Virus record (IMG/VR): IMGVR_UViG_3300037247_000961
Span: 1 to 64,000 of that record
Strand: one strand, 5' to 3'
DNA: 64,000 bases
From: a virus
The notes below the pieces were generated by a model. It did no database searches and was not told where the DNA came from. It was given only the letters and a program-made list of their open reading frames with translations. Positions within the stretch are counted from its first letter, which is position 1; each line of letters starts with the position of its first letter. The translations under genes and the position numbers were made by a program. Shown here one piece after another: positions 47,651 through 57,122 of the stretch.

Positions 47651-48303
47651 GGTACGACCCTTATATACTTGGCGACACTGTGACGAGACACGGGGCCAGG
47701 CCAGCCTCCACTGTTGATCTTAACCTGGTTCTTCGGGTGATCAAAGCCAGGAATCGGAGGCCAAAAGGGGGCAAAGTCATAGCGATTCGTAAAGCGGAAA
47801 ACAGGGCAAGCGATGCTCGCTATAGCTTCATCGCTCAAACATTTGGGGGCACCATAGGTGATAAGCCCAGCCAACTTATGATCATCAATCCCGCCTGAGG
47901 CAACCCATGAGGCATAAAGTGTTGCAAGGCAACCACCCATGGAATGACCAGTGACGATTAATGGAATCGGAGTTGGAATACGCTCTGCAAAATCTCTGGC
48001 AGGCCCACGGATATAGGAGAAGTGTCGAGCATAGCCACTGTGGGCTTTACCTTTTCCAATCCAGTCCCTTGGGACACCGAAATTGGAAATAAGGTCTCGA
48101 AGTTTTGCTCGTGATACCTCGGTGCCTCGGAATACGAGATATGCGTGTGTAGGCCCAAGGACGAGCATGCCCTGTGAGCCCATGATATCGAAGGGCTCAC
48201 AAACCATGTCCATATCCATGGTATCCAAGCCAAGATTGACGTGGGGCCATTCTTCATAGATTAAGCCTGAGAGAATGGCCCCAGTCTTGAAGTTTGTCAT
48301 CAC
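47647..48303 (-). CDS. Lipase class 3 (alpha/beta hydrolase)
   Basis: VFRGT, HSGY, GHSMGG, TYGAP, D.AP, H. Confidence 0.9.
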   Translation of the reverse strand: MMTNFKTGAILSGLIYEEWPHVNLGLDTMDMDMVCEPFDIMGSQGMLVLGPTHAYLVFRGTEVSRAKLRDLISNFGVPRDWIGKGKAHSGYARHFSYIRGPARDFAERIPTPIPLIVTGHSMGGCLATLYASWVASGGIDDHKLAGLITYGAPKCLSDEAIASIACPVFRFTNRYDFAPFWPPIPGFDHPKNQVKINSGGWPGPVSRHSVAKYIRVVP

Positions 48304-49115
48304 ACTATGGGCCTTCCAATGCCCTTGCGCTCATTCGGCGCAACGCCGTCGCGCGTGATGATGTCATACTCGGCCATCCACACAGCCCAATCGCCCGCGC
48401 TGCCGCCATCACCCGGGTATATTAAGTCTAATTCCCCGGTCTGTGTGCCGCCGTAGGGTCCAGTGCCACCCCCGCCGCTGATGAATCCTGGCATAGGTAA
48501 CATAGTTTCCGTGGAAGACAATGTCGGTCCGCCGGTTAGAGCGCGCAAAGTATTACGGTTCATTGCCGTTCGATCCTCGCAAGCTTTCCAAGCGGCGACC
48601 TTTTGCATTTCGCCGGCTTCAACCGCCGTAAGGACTCGATTGATATCCTTCATGACCGCATGCCCCTTGACCGTCAAGACCATAATCCGCTTGGCCACGT
48701 TCAAGAAGTTCGTCACGGTTGGTCCGCCAAGCAAGATTTGGGATAATCGGGACTTGTCCACGTCTTTCAAAACGGCCGCAAACAGTAGGGCCACATCGGC
48801 AGTGTCCGTTTCGATCCAGAACGGATCGGTCATGCGCGCCTTGTCAATGGCGCCCTGCAACAATGCCAAATGCCCGAGTGCTCGTACGGCTTCGGCGCCC
48901 CCGGCCTGTTGGGCCAAGTCCGTCATCACTTCGACCGCGCCGGCTGCAAGCCAGCACACCCGGAGATCTCGGTTCTCATTGCTCACGTCGACGACGGCAC
49001 CTGCCACTTGTTGCCCAAGAGAACCGAGCGGTATTTTGCCATCGTTTGGAACAATGCTACAGGCCCCAAGGGCCAGCATGCAAAGTCCGATGAAAAGTGC
49101 CTTGAATGTATTCAT
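48300..49115 (-). CDS. Lipoprotein of unknown function
   Basis: Signal peptide with LGAC lipobox. Confidence 0.75.
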   Translation of the reverse strand: MNTFKALFIGLCMLALGACSIVPNDGKIPLGSLGQQVAGAVVDVSNENRDLRVCWLAAGAVEVMTDLAQQAGGAEAVRALGHLALLQGAIDKARMTDPFWIETDTADVALLFAAVLKDVDKSRLSQILLGGPTVTNFLNVAKRIMVLTVKGHAVMKDINRVLTAVEAGEMQKVAAWKACEDRTAMNRNTLRALTGGPTLSSTETMLPMPGFISGGGGTGPYGGTQTGELDLIYPGDGGSAGDWAVWMAEYDIITRDGVAPNERKGIGRPIV

Positions 49116-49384
49116 GATTTTGTCTCCTTGTCGGATTGAGGTGCGCGTTCCCCTGTATCGAATGCAGGGTGTTGCACAATTGGCGCCTTTGTCGTAAAGC
49201 GCCGGATTACGTTGACCAATGCCGTGGAAACCACGCCAAAGGCTGCTGTGAGGGCCGCATACTTGATCTCTGACAAGTCAGGCGGAACGAACTGCCACGA
49301 TTCGCCGTAGGTCATCCAGATCGTTGAAATCGCCAGCCCGACACTGCCGGGGGCAATCTGATCTTGTAATTGTTCCTTGTTCAT
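49112..49384 (-). CDS. Two-TM holin-like protein
   Basis: Two hydrophobic segments, charged tail; GGAGG RBS before MNKEQ. Confidence 0.55.
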   Translation of the reverse strand: MNKEQLQDQIAPGSVGLAISTIWMTYGESWQFVPPDLSEIKYAALTAAFGVVSTALVNVIRRFTTKAPIVQHPAFDTGERAPQSDKETKS

Positions 49385-49908
49385 TTCAATTTCCTCCACC
49401 AGAAGTCGTGGCCAGGCCATTCTTCTGAAATCCATATGTAGTTGCCGCGCTGGCGCTTACGCCAGAGGCTCTCGGTACGGTTGTCCAGGATCACTGCGTC
49501 GCCATCGTCTAGATACACCAAGAGGACGCAATGGTAAACTTGGCTCAACCCAATTTGGCAAATAGCCAGGCGCAACGCCCCGCGGGGGTAGCCCCGCGCC
49601 ACAAGAGCTTGTAACTTATGGACGGCATAGTCGTCACAATCCCCAACACGGAATCCGTTGACCAATTTCCACGGCCCCCAGACGTCCTTGCCCGGGTCAT
49701 CTGCCACATACATGGCAGACCGGTTGACTTGCTCAGTTACCTCGGCCAATGCCCACTTCAAATGGGATGAATTGGCCAACCCATCCGGGCGCACCTTCCA
49801 CATTGAAAGATGTTGGTAGCGAGGCAGCTTCATCATTTCGCGATAACCTTTCGGCGCCCATGCGAAGATGGGCGTCGCGATGCCAATGGCCTGTGCTAAC
49901 GATGGCAT
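49381..49908 (-). CDS. Transglutaminase-like cysteine proteinase (BTLCP/C93, LapG-like)
   Basis: VN...Y..D...D.W, GDCDDYAVHK, HCVL, ILDN catalytic triad pattern. Confidence 0.85.
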   Translation of the reverse strand: MPSLAQAIGIATPIFAWAPKGYREMMKLPRYQHLSMWKVRPDGLANSSHLKWALAEVTEQVNRSAMYVADDPGKDVWGPWKLVNGFRVGDCDDYAVHKLQALVARGYPRGALRLAICQIGLSQVYHCVLLVYLDDGDAVILDNRTESLWRKRQRGNYIWISEEWPGHDFWWRKLK

Positions 49909-49938
49909 GATGTATTCCTATTCCCTAGCTACTTTAGA

Positions 49939-49967
49939 AGTTTACACGTCCCACGGCTAGAACGCAA
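49939..49967 (-). promoter_or_regulatory. sigma70-like promoter TTGCGT-N17-TAAACT upstream of the BTLCP gene
   Basis: Hexamers at 17-nt spacing in an intergenic gap. Confidence 0.45.
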
Positions 49968-49974
49968 GCCTTAT

Positions 49975-50697
49975 TTAGCTCGCAGCCTTCCGCGTGTACT
50001 CGATCCAAGCCGCCCGGAGCCTCACGGCGTCGGTTCCATGTGCGCCGGGCACCAGGGATATGTTGAAATATCCTAAAGGCCCACCAGAGATGTCGGCGTT
50101 GGCTATCGTGACGATCAACTCCGCCGCTGTCACAGACAGCGCCGCCGTGGGGCCACCCATCTCCGTGTCGCCGGTCTTGTCGAAGACTTGCACGTCGACC
50201 GTCGGCGTGTCCGCCCCACCGCTCATGTCCATAATGAGGTGGATCGTCACATCCACCGTCTCGTCAAGGTCGGGCGGCATGGGGAACGTCGGGAACTGTA
50301 CCTCGTCCACGTTGCCGAGCGGCCAGTTGACGACGAGGGCCTTGTCGGTGGCCAGATTAACCCGCTTCAAAGACGGCGTGGTGTCGGCTGCAAGTATGCC
50401 GCCCGAACCTTTGGCGGCGCCGTCGGCCGCGTCGCCGATTTCGTTAGCGGTATCCACTCCAATCTCTCGGAGGGATGTGATGTCGAGTGCTTGGAACCCC
50501 TTGCCAGCTATGAGCGTCCGAAGTTCCGCCATGGTGAACTTCGCGCTCGTCCCACCATCATTGGTATAGCCCTCGTCGCCGTCGGTGAGCGTGGCGGAGG
50601 GGAGCGCAGACAGTTTCGTATCTACCGCGTAAAGGGGGTACGGCGCAGTCGCCACGAGGGCGAGCAGGAGCGCCGCAGTGCAGAGTCTCTTGAGCAT
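49975..50697 (-). CDS. Beta-rich protein with Sec signal peptide in the tail-fibre locus
   Basis: MLKRLCTAALLLALVATAPYPLYA signal; DTKLSALP motif. Confidence 0.75.
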   Translation of the reverse strand: MLKRLCTAALLLALVATAPYPLYAVDTKLSALPSATLTDGDEGYTNDGGTSAKFTMAELRTLIAGKGFQALDITSLREIGVDTANEIGDAADGAAKGSGGILAADTTPSLKRVNLATDKALVVNWPLGNVDEVQFPTFPMPPDLDETVDVTIHLIMDMSGGADTPTVDVQVFDKTGDTEMGGPTAALSVTAAELIVTIANADISGGPLGYFNISLVPGAHGTDAVRLRAAWIEYTRKAAS

Positions 50698-50709
50698 TGG
50701 TCTCGTCTC

Positions 50710-51459
50710 CTAGTCTGAAGGTGAAGTTATTGAATCTGTCACCGCGCCAGAACCACCTTCCATTGTGAAGTTCTGTGCGGTTCCTTTATTCGTCCCAGCG
50801 TTCCATACCGCAGCATCTCCTTGGAAAAAGATAACTGGGCCAGTAGCTGTGGGTAATTCTCCATTGTTACCAAGAAATACCGGCTTCCCCGCAACGCTCC
50901 TGAATAGGAGGCGATTTGCTGCCATACTCAAGTCGATATATTGGTTGGGCGCGAACCAGAAGTCTGCAAGGTTTTCTTTTAAATTGTTCAGGTCAGTTCC
51001 CTCTTGCGAGCCCACAGCATGATTTGTTCGTTGAAAGATGATGTTATCATTCACATAAGTTGTCCACGTTGCATCACTGACGCCATCAACATACAAATGC
51101 CTTTTACCTGTATCAGTAAGGTCGAAACTGATTATGAAATGGTGCCAAGATGTTGTATCAGTAATAGCTGTGGTAGTTTGTGCATCTATTCTACTTCCGC
51201 TAGAGACAACTCTTATTTGGTCACTCGACCAGCGTATTTCTAATCGTGCCCCTTGGTTGTGGTAGAATCTCCCAGCAGTCCCTGAAGCTGGCCTCCTAAA
51301 CCAGAAGGAACAAGTAAACAATTTACCGTCGCCCATATTAGGGCCGGTGAGAGAGCCGTTGCTCTCTACCCTGTCTTGATCAAACTTCACGCCAGTCGTG
51401 ATGTAACCTGCTGGCGCAGCCTCACGACTCATGGCAACTCTAAGTGCTGATGCAAACAT
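50710..51459 (-). CDS. LamG/concanavalin-A-like domain protein (putative receptor-binding)
   Basis: FTCSFWF, WHHFIISFD, LYVDG. Confidence 0.75.
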   Translation of the reverse strand: MFASALRVAMSREAAPAGYITTGVKFDQDRVESNGSLTGPNMGDGKLFTCSFWFRRPASGTAGRFYHNQGARLEIRWSSDQIRVVSSGSRIDAQTTTAITDTTSWHHFIISFDLTDTGKRHLYVDGVSDATWTTYVNDNIIFQRTNHAVGSQEGTDLNNLKENLADFWFAPNQYIDLSMAANRLLFRSVAGKPVFLGNNGELPTATGPVIFFQGDAAVWNAGTNKGTAQNFTMEGGSGAVTDSITSPSD

Positions 51460-52295
51460 TATGTGAAGTCCAATCCACCGAGGAAACCGTCCCAGGTACT
51501 ACCGCCGTCAAGTGTGATGAAGGAAAGCCAGTCAACATCGTTCGCCCCCACACTCAATGACGGCACTATTCCTCCTGCCCATGCGACTTCCGCAGGGAAT
51601 GTCGAGGTCCATCCTCCTGTTCCATCTTGGACAACCCTCAAGGAGAAACTTCCTGCGCTACCACTCGCAGGAGGATTGCTAAAGACATAGGTAGTGTCCT
51701 CTGTAAGAGTAACATCAAACACATTACCATTTTCAAGATCGAGTGTCAGCGTTCCTGCTACACTTGAAGGACTTGTAAAGGTCTCCCCGTAATCTTTCAA
51801 CTCCGCCTGCGTAATCTTCTTGTCGACCCAGTCGAAGTTCCCGGTCGCCGGGACCGAGCCGTCCGCCTTGAGGGCGCCCGTCTCCAGCGCGTCGTCCGCG
51901 ACTATGGTGATCTCTATGCCCCTCACGTGGATCGTCTTGGTGGCACCAGATGCTATATCAACCGGTGGAGTCGCGCCCGTGACTGTATCAATCGTGGTCG
52001 CCTGGGTCGAGGCGTTCTCGAAGGCGACCCGTATGTTCCCGTCCGGCACGATGATGGTGGTCGCTGCGCCGGGCGAACCCGTCAGACGGATCAGACCGTT
52101 CTCCAAGTAAAGGTCGAGGTTCGCCTGGGGTGTGTCCAAGTTGAACGTGCCGCCCGCTCCGACGGCGAGGACCGAGGTCTTGTTTTGGGAATTGTCCAGC
52201 AACGCATCCAGGAGATTGGAGGTGACCTCCTTATCGTCCTGGCCCTCTGTGACTGTCCCGCCATCCGTATGCGCGCCTCTGTTTGGAAGTACCAT
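51459..52295 (-). CDS. Tail fibre/appendage protein, paralogue of 52305..53207
   Basis: LTGSPGA, FENAST, GNVFDVTLTED, QDGTGGW. Confidence 0.7.
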   Translation of the reverse strand: MVLPNRGAHTDGGTVTEGQDDKEVTSNLLDALLDNSQNKTSVLAVGAGGTFNLDTPQANLDLYLENGLIRLTGSPGAATTIIVPDGNIRVAFENASTQATTIDTVTGATPPVDIASGATKTIHVRGIEITIVADDALETGALKADGSVPATGNFDWVDKKITQAELKDYGETFTSPSSVAGTLTLDLENGNVFDVTLTEDTTYVFSNPPASGSAGSFSLRVVQDGTGGWTSTFPAEVAWAGGIVPSLSVGANDVDWLSFITLDGGSTWDGFLGGLDFT

Positions 52296-52304
52296 TATTT
52301 TTCC

Positions 52305-53207
52305 CTACTTCATATCAAGGCCAAGGACAAAAGCATCCCACGTCGTTCCGACATCTACAGTCACGAATGAATAGATATCCTTAGCATCCGGGTCCAACGT
52401 TTGACCTTCTGTGGAGGTTAATTCAAGAAGCAGCACACCAGTTCCATCTTCGAGTAACAAACTGTCCACTCCGTTCTCTAGCAGTAGCTTATCAGAGAAT
52501 TTACCCCATGAAACGGAAGCGGGCCATGTAATTGTCCAACCTCCTGTGCCATCTTGTTTCGCGAAGAGTGTGAAGGAACCAGAGCTACTTGGAGGATTAC
52601 TAATAGTGAGCGTTGTTACGTCTTCCGTGAGGGTAACTTCAAATACATTTCCGAGAGATAAGTCTAGGACGAGTGTTCCACTCGAACTCGACGGCGCAGT
52701 TCTCGTAAGTGCTGTATCCTTAAACTCGGGTCGGGCGATCTGGAAATCGGCCAGGTCTATGTCGCCGGTCGGGTCCACCTGCCCGGAATGCAGGAGGGCT
52801 CCAACCTGAAGGCCCACGATGCCCAGGACCGTAAAGTCTGTGCCGCGCAATTGCAGCAGCACTGTCGTCCCCGACGTGACCGAGGGGGGTGATGCTGCCC
52901 CCGTGGCGCTCTCAATCGTCGCCGTCTGACTGGTAGCGTTCTCGAACTCCATCTGCTTGTTGCCGTCGGCCATCTCTATCGTGAAGCCGGCCCCCGGTGT
53001 CCCGGTCAGGCGCACAAGCTGCGCGGCATACCGCTGAGTGACGGTAAGGACGATGGTGCCCCCGGCCGTGCAGTCGACGTCAATGACGTCATTGTTGCTC
53101 CATCCAAGGAGTCTGTCGCGCACGTTCGAGATGATCTCGCGCCACAGACCCGTCGCAGGCATATCGACCGCGCCATCTGGGTGGGGAGATAGGTTCGGGA
53201 GCCCCAT
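52305..53207 (-). CDS. Tail fibre/appendage protein with LLLE-x-G repeats
   Basis: Same architecture as the neighbour plus a three-fold LLLE insert. Confidence 0.7.
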   Translation of the reverse strand: MGLPNLSPHPDGAVDMPATGLWREIISNVRDRLLGWSNNDVIDVDCTAGGTIVLTVTQRYAAQLVRLTGTPGAGFTIEMADGNKQMEFENATSQTATIESATGAASPPSVTSGTTVLLQLRGTDFTVLGIVGLQVGALLHSGQVDPTGDIDLADFQIARPEFKDTALTRTAPSSSSGTLVLDLSLGNVFEVTLTEDVTTLTISNPPSSSGSFTLFAKQDGTGGWTITWPASVSWGKFSDKLLLENGVDSLLLEDGTGVLLLELTSTEGQTLDPDAKDIYSFVTVDVGTTWDAFVLGLDMK

Positions 53208-53208
53208 T

Positions 53209-56200
53209 CTAGCCCCCGATCAACGTCTGTTCAATCGAGAAGCCCCGGCCAACTCCGCCCAGGCTGATGGGGTAAATCTTGAACGTGACCGTTGTCTGAG
53301 GTGATCCAAAGTCCACACTCTGATCTGCATCGTCATAGAAAAATTGATGGCTTGCGCCGGTAACAACCGAGCCGTTTGCCGATGCCGTTGACGTGTAAGT
53401 GGCCAGGACCGTACCCCCAGGGCCGCTCAGTATATCGACCTCATAATCAAAGGTGCCAGGAGCAGCGAGTCCTTGTAGGTTGCGCCATCGTCCGTTAATG
53501 CGATTGCGCCACGTCCAGTTAACAGTCCAGTCGTTTGCGGTGATTGAACCATTTACATGTACGGGTGCCCATGTCCACTGGGACTTACCAAGCACCGTTC
53601 GAATCTTTCGCAGCGCCTCGCTCAATGACCCGCCTCGGGTGACGCCTTTGTAAAAGAACGGATCTCCCTGATCAGACAAGTCCATTGCTTTACGGATGAG
53701 CGTATCCGCGGAAATCACAATCACACGTTCCTCGGCGATGTGGTTATCTATCTCGCCTTCTGTGCCGCCTCGGCCGCGTAACAAGGTTGAAACAGTAAAG
53801 GAGCTATTCCCATTATCAACCGAGGTAACATAGCACAAAAGCTCGTTTCCTACAAGCAAAAGTCCAGCACCGTCCAAGGCAAGAGCCTCGGTCGTTGATG
53901 GCAAAGTACCACGCGACATTGTGATAGTGATTGATGTATCCCGGTCCCATACCCCAGGGTCTGCGTCAGCCGGGATAGTTGTCGTGAAGCCATGATCAAC
54001 CGCACGGGAGCCAGGGATAAAGGCGAATGGCGCATAATCCATACCATCAAGGGATCGAAAGATTTCTTCACCTTTCCATCCAGTAGAATTATTGAACGGT
54101 CCACCGCCAACATACACCCCAAAGCCGTCATCCTGGTCACGGAGCAATGAGATATCCAGGATAAAGAATTGAGACGCTGCAGTGTTGCTGATCGTCTGCC
54201 CCGGGATCTCGCCACTGAATCCAGTGGCCACACTGACCAAGTCTCGCGGGTCATCTGCCGATCCTCGAATCTCAAGCACGTTGTTTGCGCCTTGGTCAAT
54301 TTGCCCAATGACCATTTGATGTGAAAGGCCTTCAGCCTGGACCGTAATTACATCAGCCGGACTTAGCTTGAGCCATTTCTGGGATGTGCGGATTACGACT
54401 GGGAGTCGCTTGTTCCAAATCTGGTAAAGCAACGTCTCAAGTCTCTTGGCTGCATCGGTGTCCGAGATAAAAGTACCGGGGAAAGATAGGAACCGGCGTC
54501 GCCTGGAATTGGTTGTTGTCCTCGGCCACTTCGCGACTTGAATCTGGGCTTGATATTCCCGTTTTTCACCTGCCGATTCCATCTCAAGGACTTCAGGCAA
54601 TTCAATTTCGCTGATAATTTCCTCAACTAACTTGTCCACTTCAACCCGCACATCTCCATCATCCCCAGCAGCCAAATCATCCTCGGGGATGGTGGCAATG
54701 GAAGCTGTGCCCAATAGTGGAAACTTTATTTTGAAATCCTCGCTAATGGGATTGAAGAAGAAGAAACGTCGCAATGGGTCGATTGCTGTATTCGCTGCTA
54801 CGCGCTGCGCTATAAGGTAACCGTGAAGTTGCTGCGTTAAGTTGGAAGTAACAAATTGGGGAAGCTTGAGGCCAATGCGCAAACAGATGAAGTCCACAAT
54901 CTCCTTAACGGTGATAGGGTCGCCAGTCTTGCGGTCAAAGTACAACCAATGAATCTCAAGGCTTACGTCCTCTCGTTTCATCATGGCATTGCGGCTTTCG
55001 TCCATCATGCCACGATGAATCGCGCTACTTGGTAGGCCCCAATCACCGGCAGGTGACCATATTCGCGGTTCAGCCGACATGGAATGGACGTTGTATTCCT
55101 GGAAACCACCAAGCGTGGCCCCCACTTGGATGTACATGGTCCCGTCGCTGTTTGGTCCATTCCAAAACACAGAATCGTTTTTGTCGCCACCGGCATAGGT
55201 GAACGAGTCATCCCTGGCATCAATAACATGACTATCCAAACCCCAACGCACCATTCCATTAGTCACATTTCCAAGGATCAAGCTATTTGTGACAGGATCA
55301 TATGTCATTAGGTCGAAGGTTTCACCTGTGATTGTGTAAGTCTCAATCGGCTGACCTGAGCCAGGATTGATTCGGTTTAGTTCAGTGTCCGCTCCATTTT
55401 CAGCAGCCGTCCACAAAAAACGCTCACCATCAACCACTATAGTATCTATATGCTTAAGCGGACTGTAGAAATTGATGCACCCTCCACCGCGCTCAAGCAA
55501 ATTGTCTATTGCAAAGACCCCAGTTTCCGCCGTAGCACTAAGCGTATCACGTTGACAATAGATCATCTCCCCAATGAGATTACCCTCAGGCGACCTTATA
55601 CCACCAAAAACACGGGCCTTAGACCAGTTGAGACTTCCCAAGATTTTAGCATCCGTGAATGGATCTCGAAGCTGCGCACTTTCTAGAAGTTGATTCAAAG
55701 TTTCCCCACTGACCTTTGTGATCCGCCCACCCTTCTGTTCTGGATCACCAAAGCCATCTCGGATGCGATAGAAATTTCCTTCACCATCGACGCACGGGAA
55801 CTGAGGCTCACCGCCTCCAAAGCCCCCTTTTTTCAAAATCTGTTGATTGGCATTGCTAATGCGTGTTTGTTCACTTGTAAGAAAGGACTGTTTACCGGGC
55901 TGCCATTCCCACTCACTGTTTCCACCAGGCGCACCGGTTAATGTGGTGATTGGAAGAATCTCGGTTGCCTTCATCGCAATGAGTACTGTGATCTGCGGAG
56001 GCAATCCCCCGGAATCATCCAACGGGTAGTTTTGGAAGAAGGCACCAACGATCCCACGATAAGCCGGCGTAGCATTTACACCCTTGTCAGCTTGCTCGGT
56101 CGGATCGGGAAGCTGCGTCTCTGTGCCAAGATACAGGCGAATCGCATTAACACCTGGTGCACGTTCGAGTCGCGCTAAATCAATGATAGGTTCGGTCGTA

Positions 56201-56688
56201 TTTGTTGCATCATAGATTAAAACACGATTCATCCAAATCTTGAGGATTGCATCGGCAGGGCCTTCACAGAAATTGGCCCGGAATGAGCCGGTATAGGTAT
56301 AGGAGCGAGACGTCTGGGTTGGGCCCATCTTGCCACCCAATTCCTCAGTGATCTCGTGTTCAACAAACCCCGGATAATAGGATATAATGCCGCCAACCAC
56401 AAATTGGCCGAAACCAATTGGAATCGGGGTGCCATATGCAGCCACCATTCTTTTGTTGGGGTCTAGACGCGAGCCCACAATGTCGGGCAGTATTTGTGGA
56501 AACAGGATATTTCCTAACAGCGTTCCGCCTATGAAACCTGCCTGTGCGCCGAACGCGGCTGCACCAAAAGGACCACCAATGGCGAATCCTATGGCAGCAC
56601 CAGCCAGTCCCAGTCCCAATCGGCCAATAGTACTAGAGTCCCCAGACTCATCTGACCATATATCCCTGAGGACATTGAGGATATTCAT
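53209..56688 (-). CDS. Tail tip/host-specificity protein (GTA-like)
   Basis: YGTPIPIGFG, TPAYRG, LLRGRGGTE motifs; 1159 aa. Confidence 0.85.
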   Translation of the reverse strand: MNILNVLRDIWSDESGDSSTIGRLGLGLAGAAIGFAIGGPFGAAAFGAQAGFIGGTLLGNILFPQILPDIVGSRLDPNKRMVAAYGTPIPIGFGQFVVGGIISYYPGFVEHEITEELGGKMGPTQTSRSYTYTGSFRANFCEGPADAILKIWMNRVLIYDATNTTEPIIDLARLERAPGVNAIRLYLGTETQLPDPTEQADKGVNATPAYRGIVGAFFQNYPLDDSGGLPPQITVLIAMKATEILPITTLTGAPGGNSEWEWQPGKQSFLTSEQTRISNANQQILKKGGFGGGEPQFPCVDGEGNFYRIRDGFGDPEQKGGRITKVSGETLNQLLESAQLRDPFTDAKILGSLNWSKARVFGGIRSPEGNLIGEMIYCQRDTLSATAETGVFAIDNLLERGGGCINFYSPLKHIDTIVVDGERFLWTAAENGADTELNRINPGSGQPIETYTITGETFDLMTYDPVTNSLILGNVTNGMVRWGLDSHVIDARDDSFTYAGGDKNDSVFWNGPNSDGTMYIQVGATLGGFQEYNVHSMSAEPRIWSPAGDWGLPSSAIHRGMMDESRNAMMKREDVSLEIHWLYFDRKTGDPITVKEIVDFICLRIGLKLPQFVTSNLTQQLHGYLIAQRVAANTAIDPLRRFFFFNPISEDFKIKFPLLGTASIATIPEDDLAAGDDGDVRVEVDKLVEEIISEIELPEVLEMESAGEKREYQAQIQVAKWPRTTTNSRRRRFLSFPGTFISDTDAAKRLETLLYQIWNKRLPVVIRTSQKWLKLSPADVITVQAEGLSHQMVIGQIDQGANNVLEIRGSADDPRDLVSVATGFSGEIPGQTISNTAASQFFILDISLLRDQDDGFGVYVGGGPFNNSTGWKGEEIFRSLDGMDYAPFAFIPGSRAVDHGFTTTIPADADPGVWDRDTSITITMSRGTLPSTTEALALDGAGLLLVGNELLCYVTSVDNGNSSFTVSTLLRGRGGTEGEIDNHIAEERVIVISADTLIRKAMDLSDQGDPFFYKGVTRGGSLSEALRKIRTVLGKSQWTWAPVHVNGSITANDWTVNWTWRNRINGRWRNLQGLAAPGTFDYEVDILSGPGGTVLATYTSTASANGSVVTGASHQFFYDDADQSVDFGSPQTTVTFKIYPISLGGVGRGFSIEQTLIGG

Positions 56689-57122
56689 CGGTCCAAATCC
56701 TCAATGCGGAATGCCATCGTTGGAATCCAGCCAGCCGGGAGGCTGGTTTTCATCATTCTCCTAGCATCGCGATCAGCGTGGAAAAATTGCAAGGGCTTGA
56801 GGCTGGCAATGAGGGCAATGTGGTCTGGCCGACCATTGAGGCGGAACAGTAACATGTCGCCTGGGATGGCATCTTGCACCATAATAGGCACCATATGCTC
56901 TTGCATCGCATCGACCATCATGCGCGGAGTTAAGGGCCTTGGGAGCATAGCCAGTGGTGTTCCAAGCGCCACAAGTTCATTATATCCACCCATCTCACGT
57001 GCCACGCCGATAGGATAACCGATGCAGTTCGCACCTTCACGTGTCGAACCAACTTTGCGCCACGGCACCTCGTCATCAACCCATAATTGGGCAATGCGAA
57101 GAAATTCATTACGCGCCGGCAA
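56685..57122 (-). CDS. NlpC/P60 family tail peptidase
   Basis: VPW, GANCIG, PGDMLLF, HIAL, HA. Confidence 0.8.
   Translation of the reverse strand: MPARNEFLRIAQLWVDDEVPWRKVGSTREGANCIGYPIGVAREMGGYNELVALGTPLAMLPRPLTPRMMVDAMQEHMVPIMVQDAIPGDMLLFRLNGRPDHIALIASLKPLQFFHADRDARRMMKTSLPAGWIPTMAFRIEDLDR

Noticed and set aside
51459-53207. Diversity-generating retroelement TR/VR pair
   Set aside because: The similarity is protein-level paralogy without adenine-specific differences, and no reverse transcriptase is in the window.
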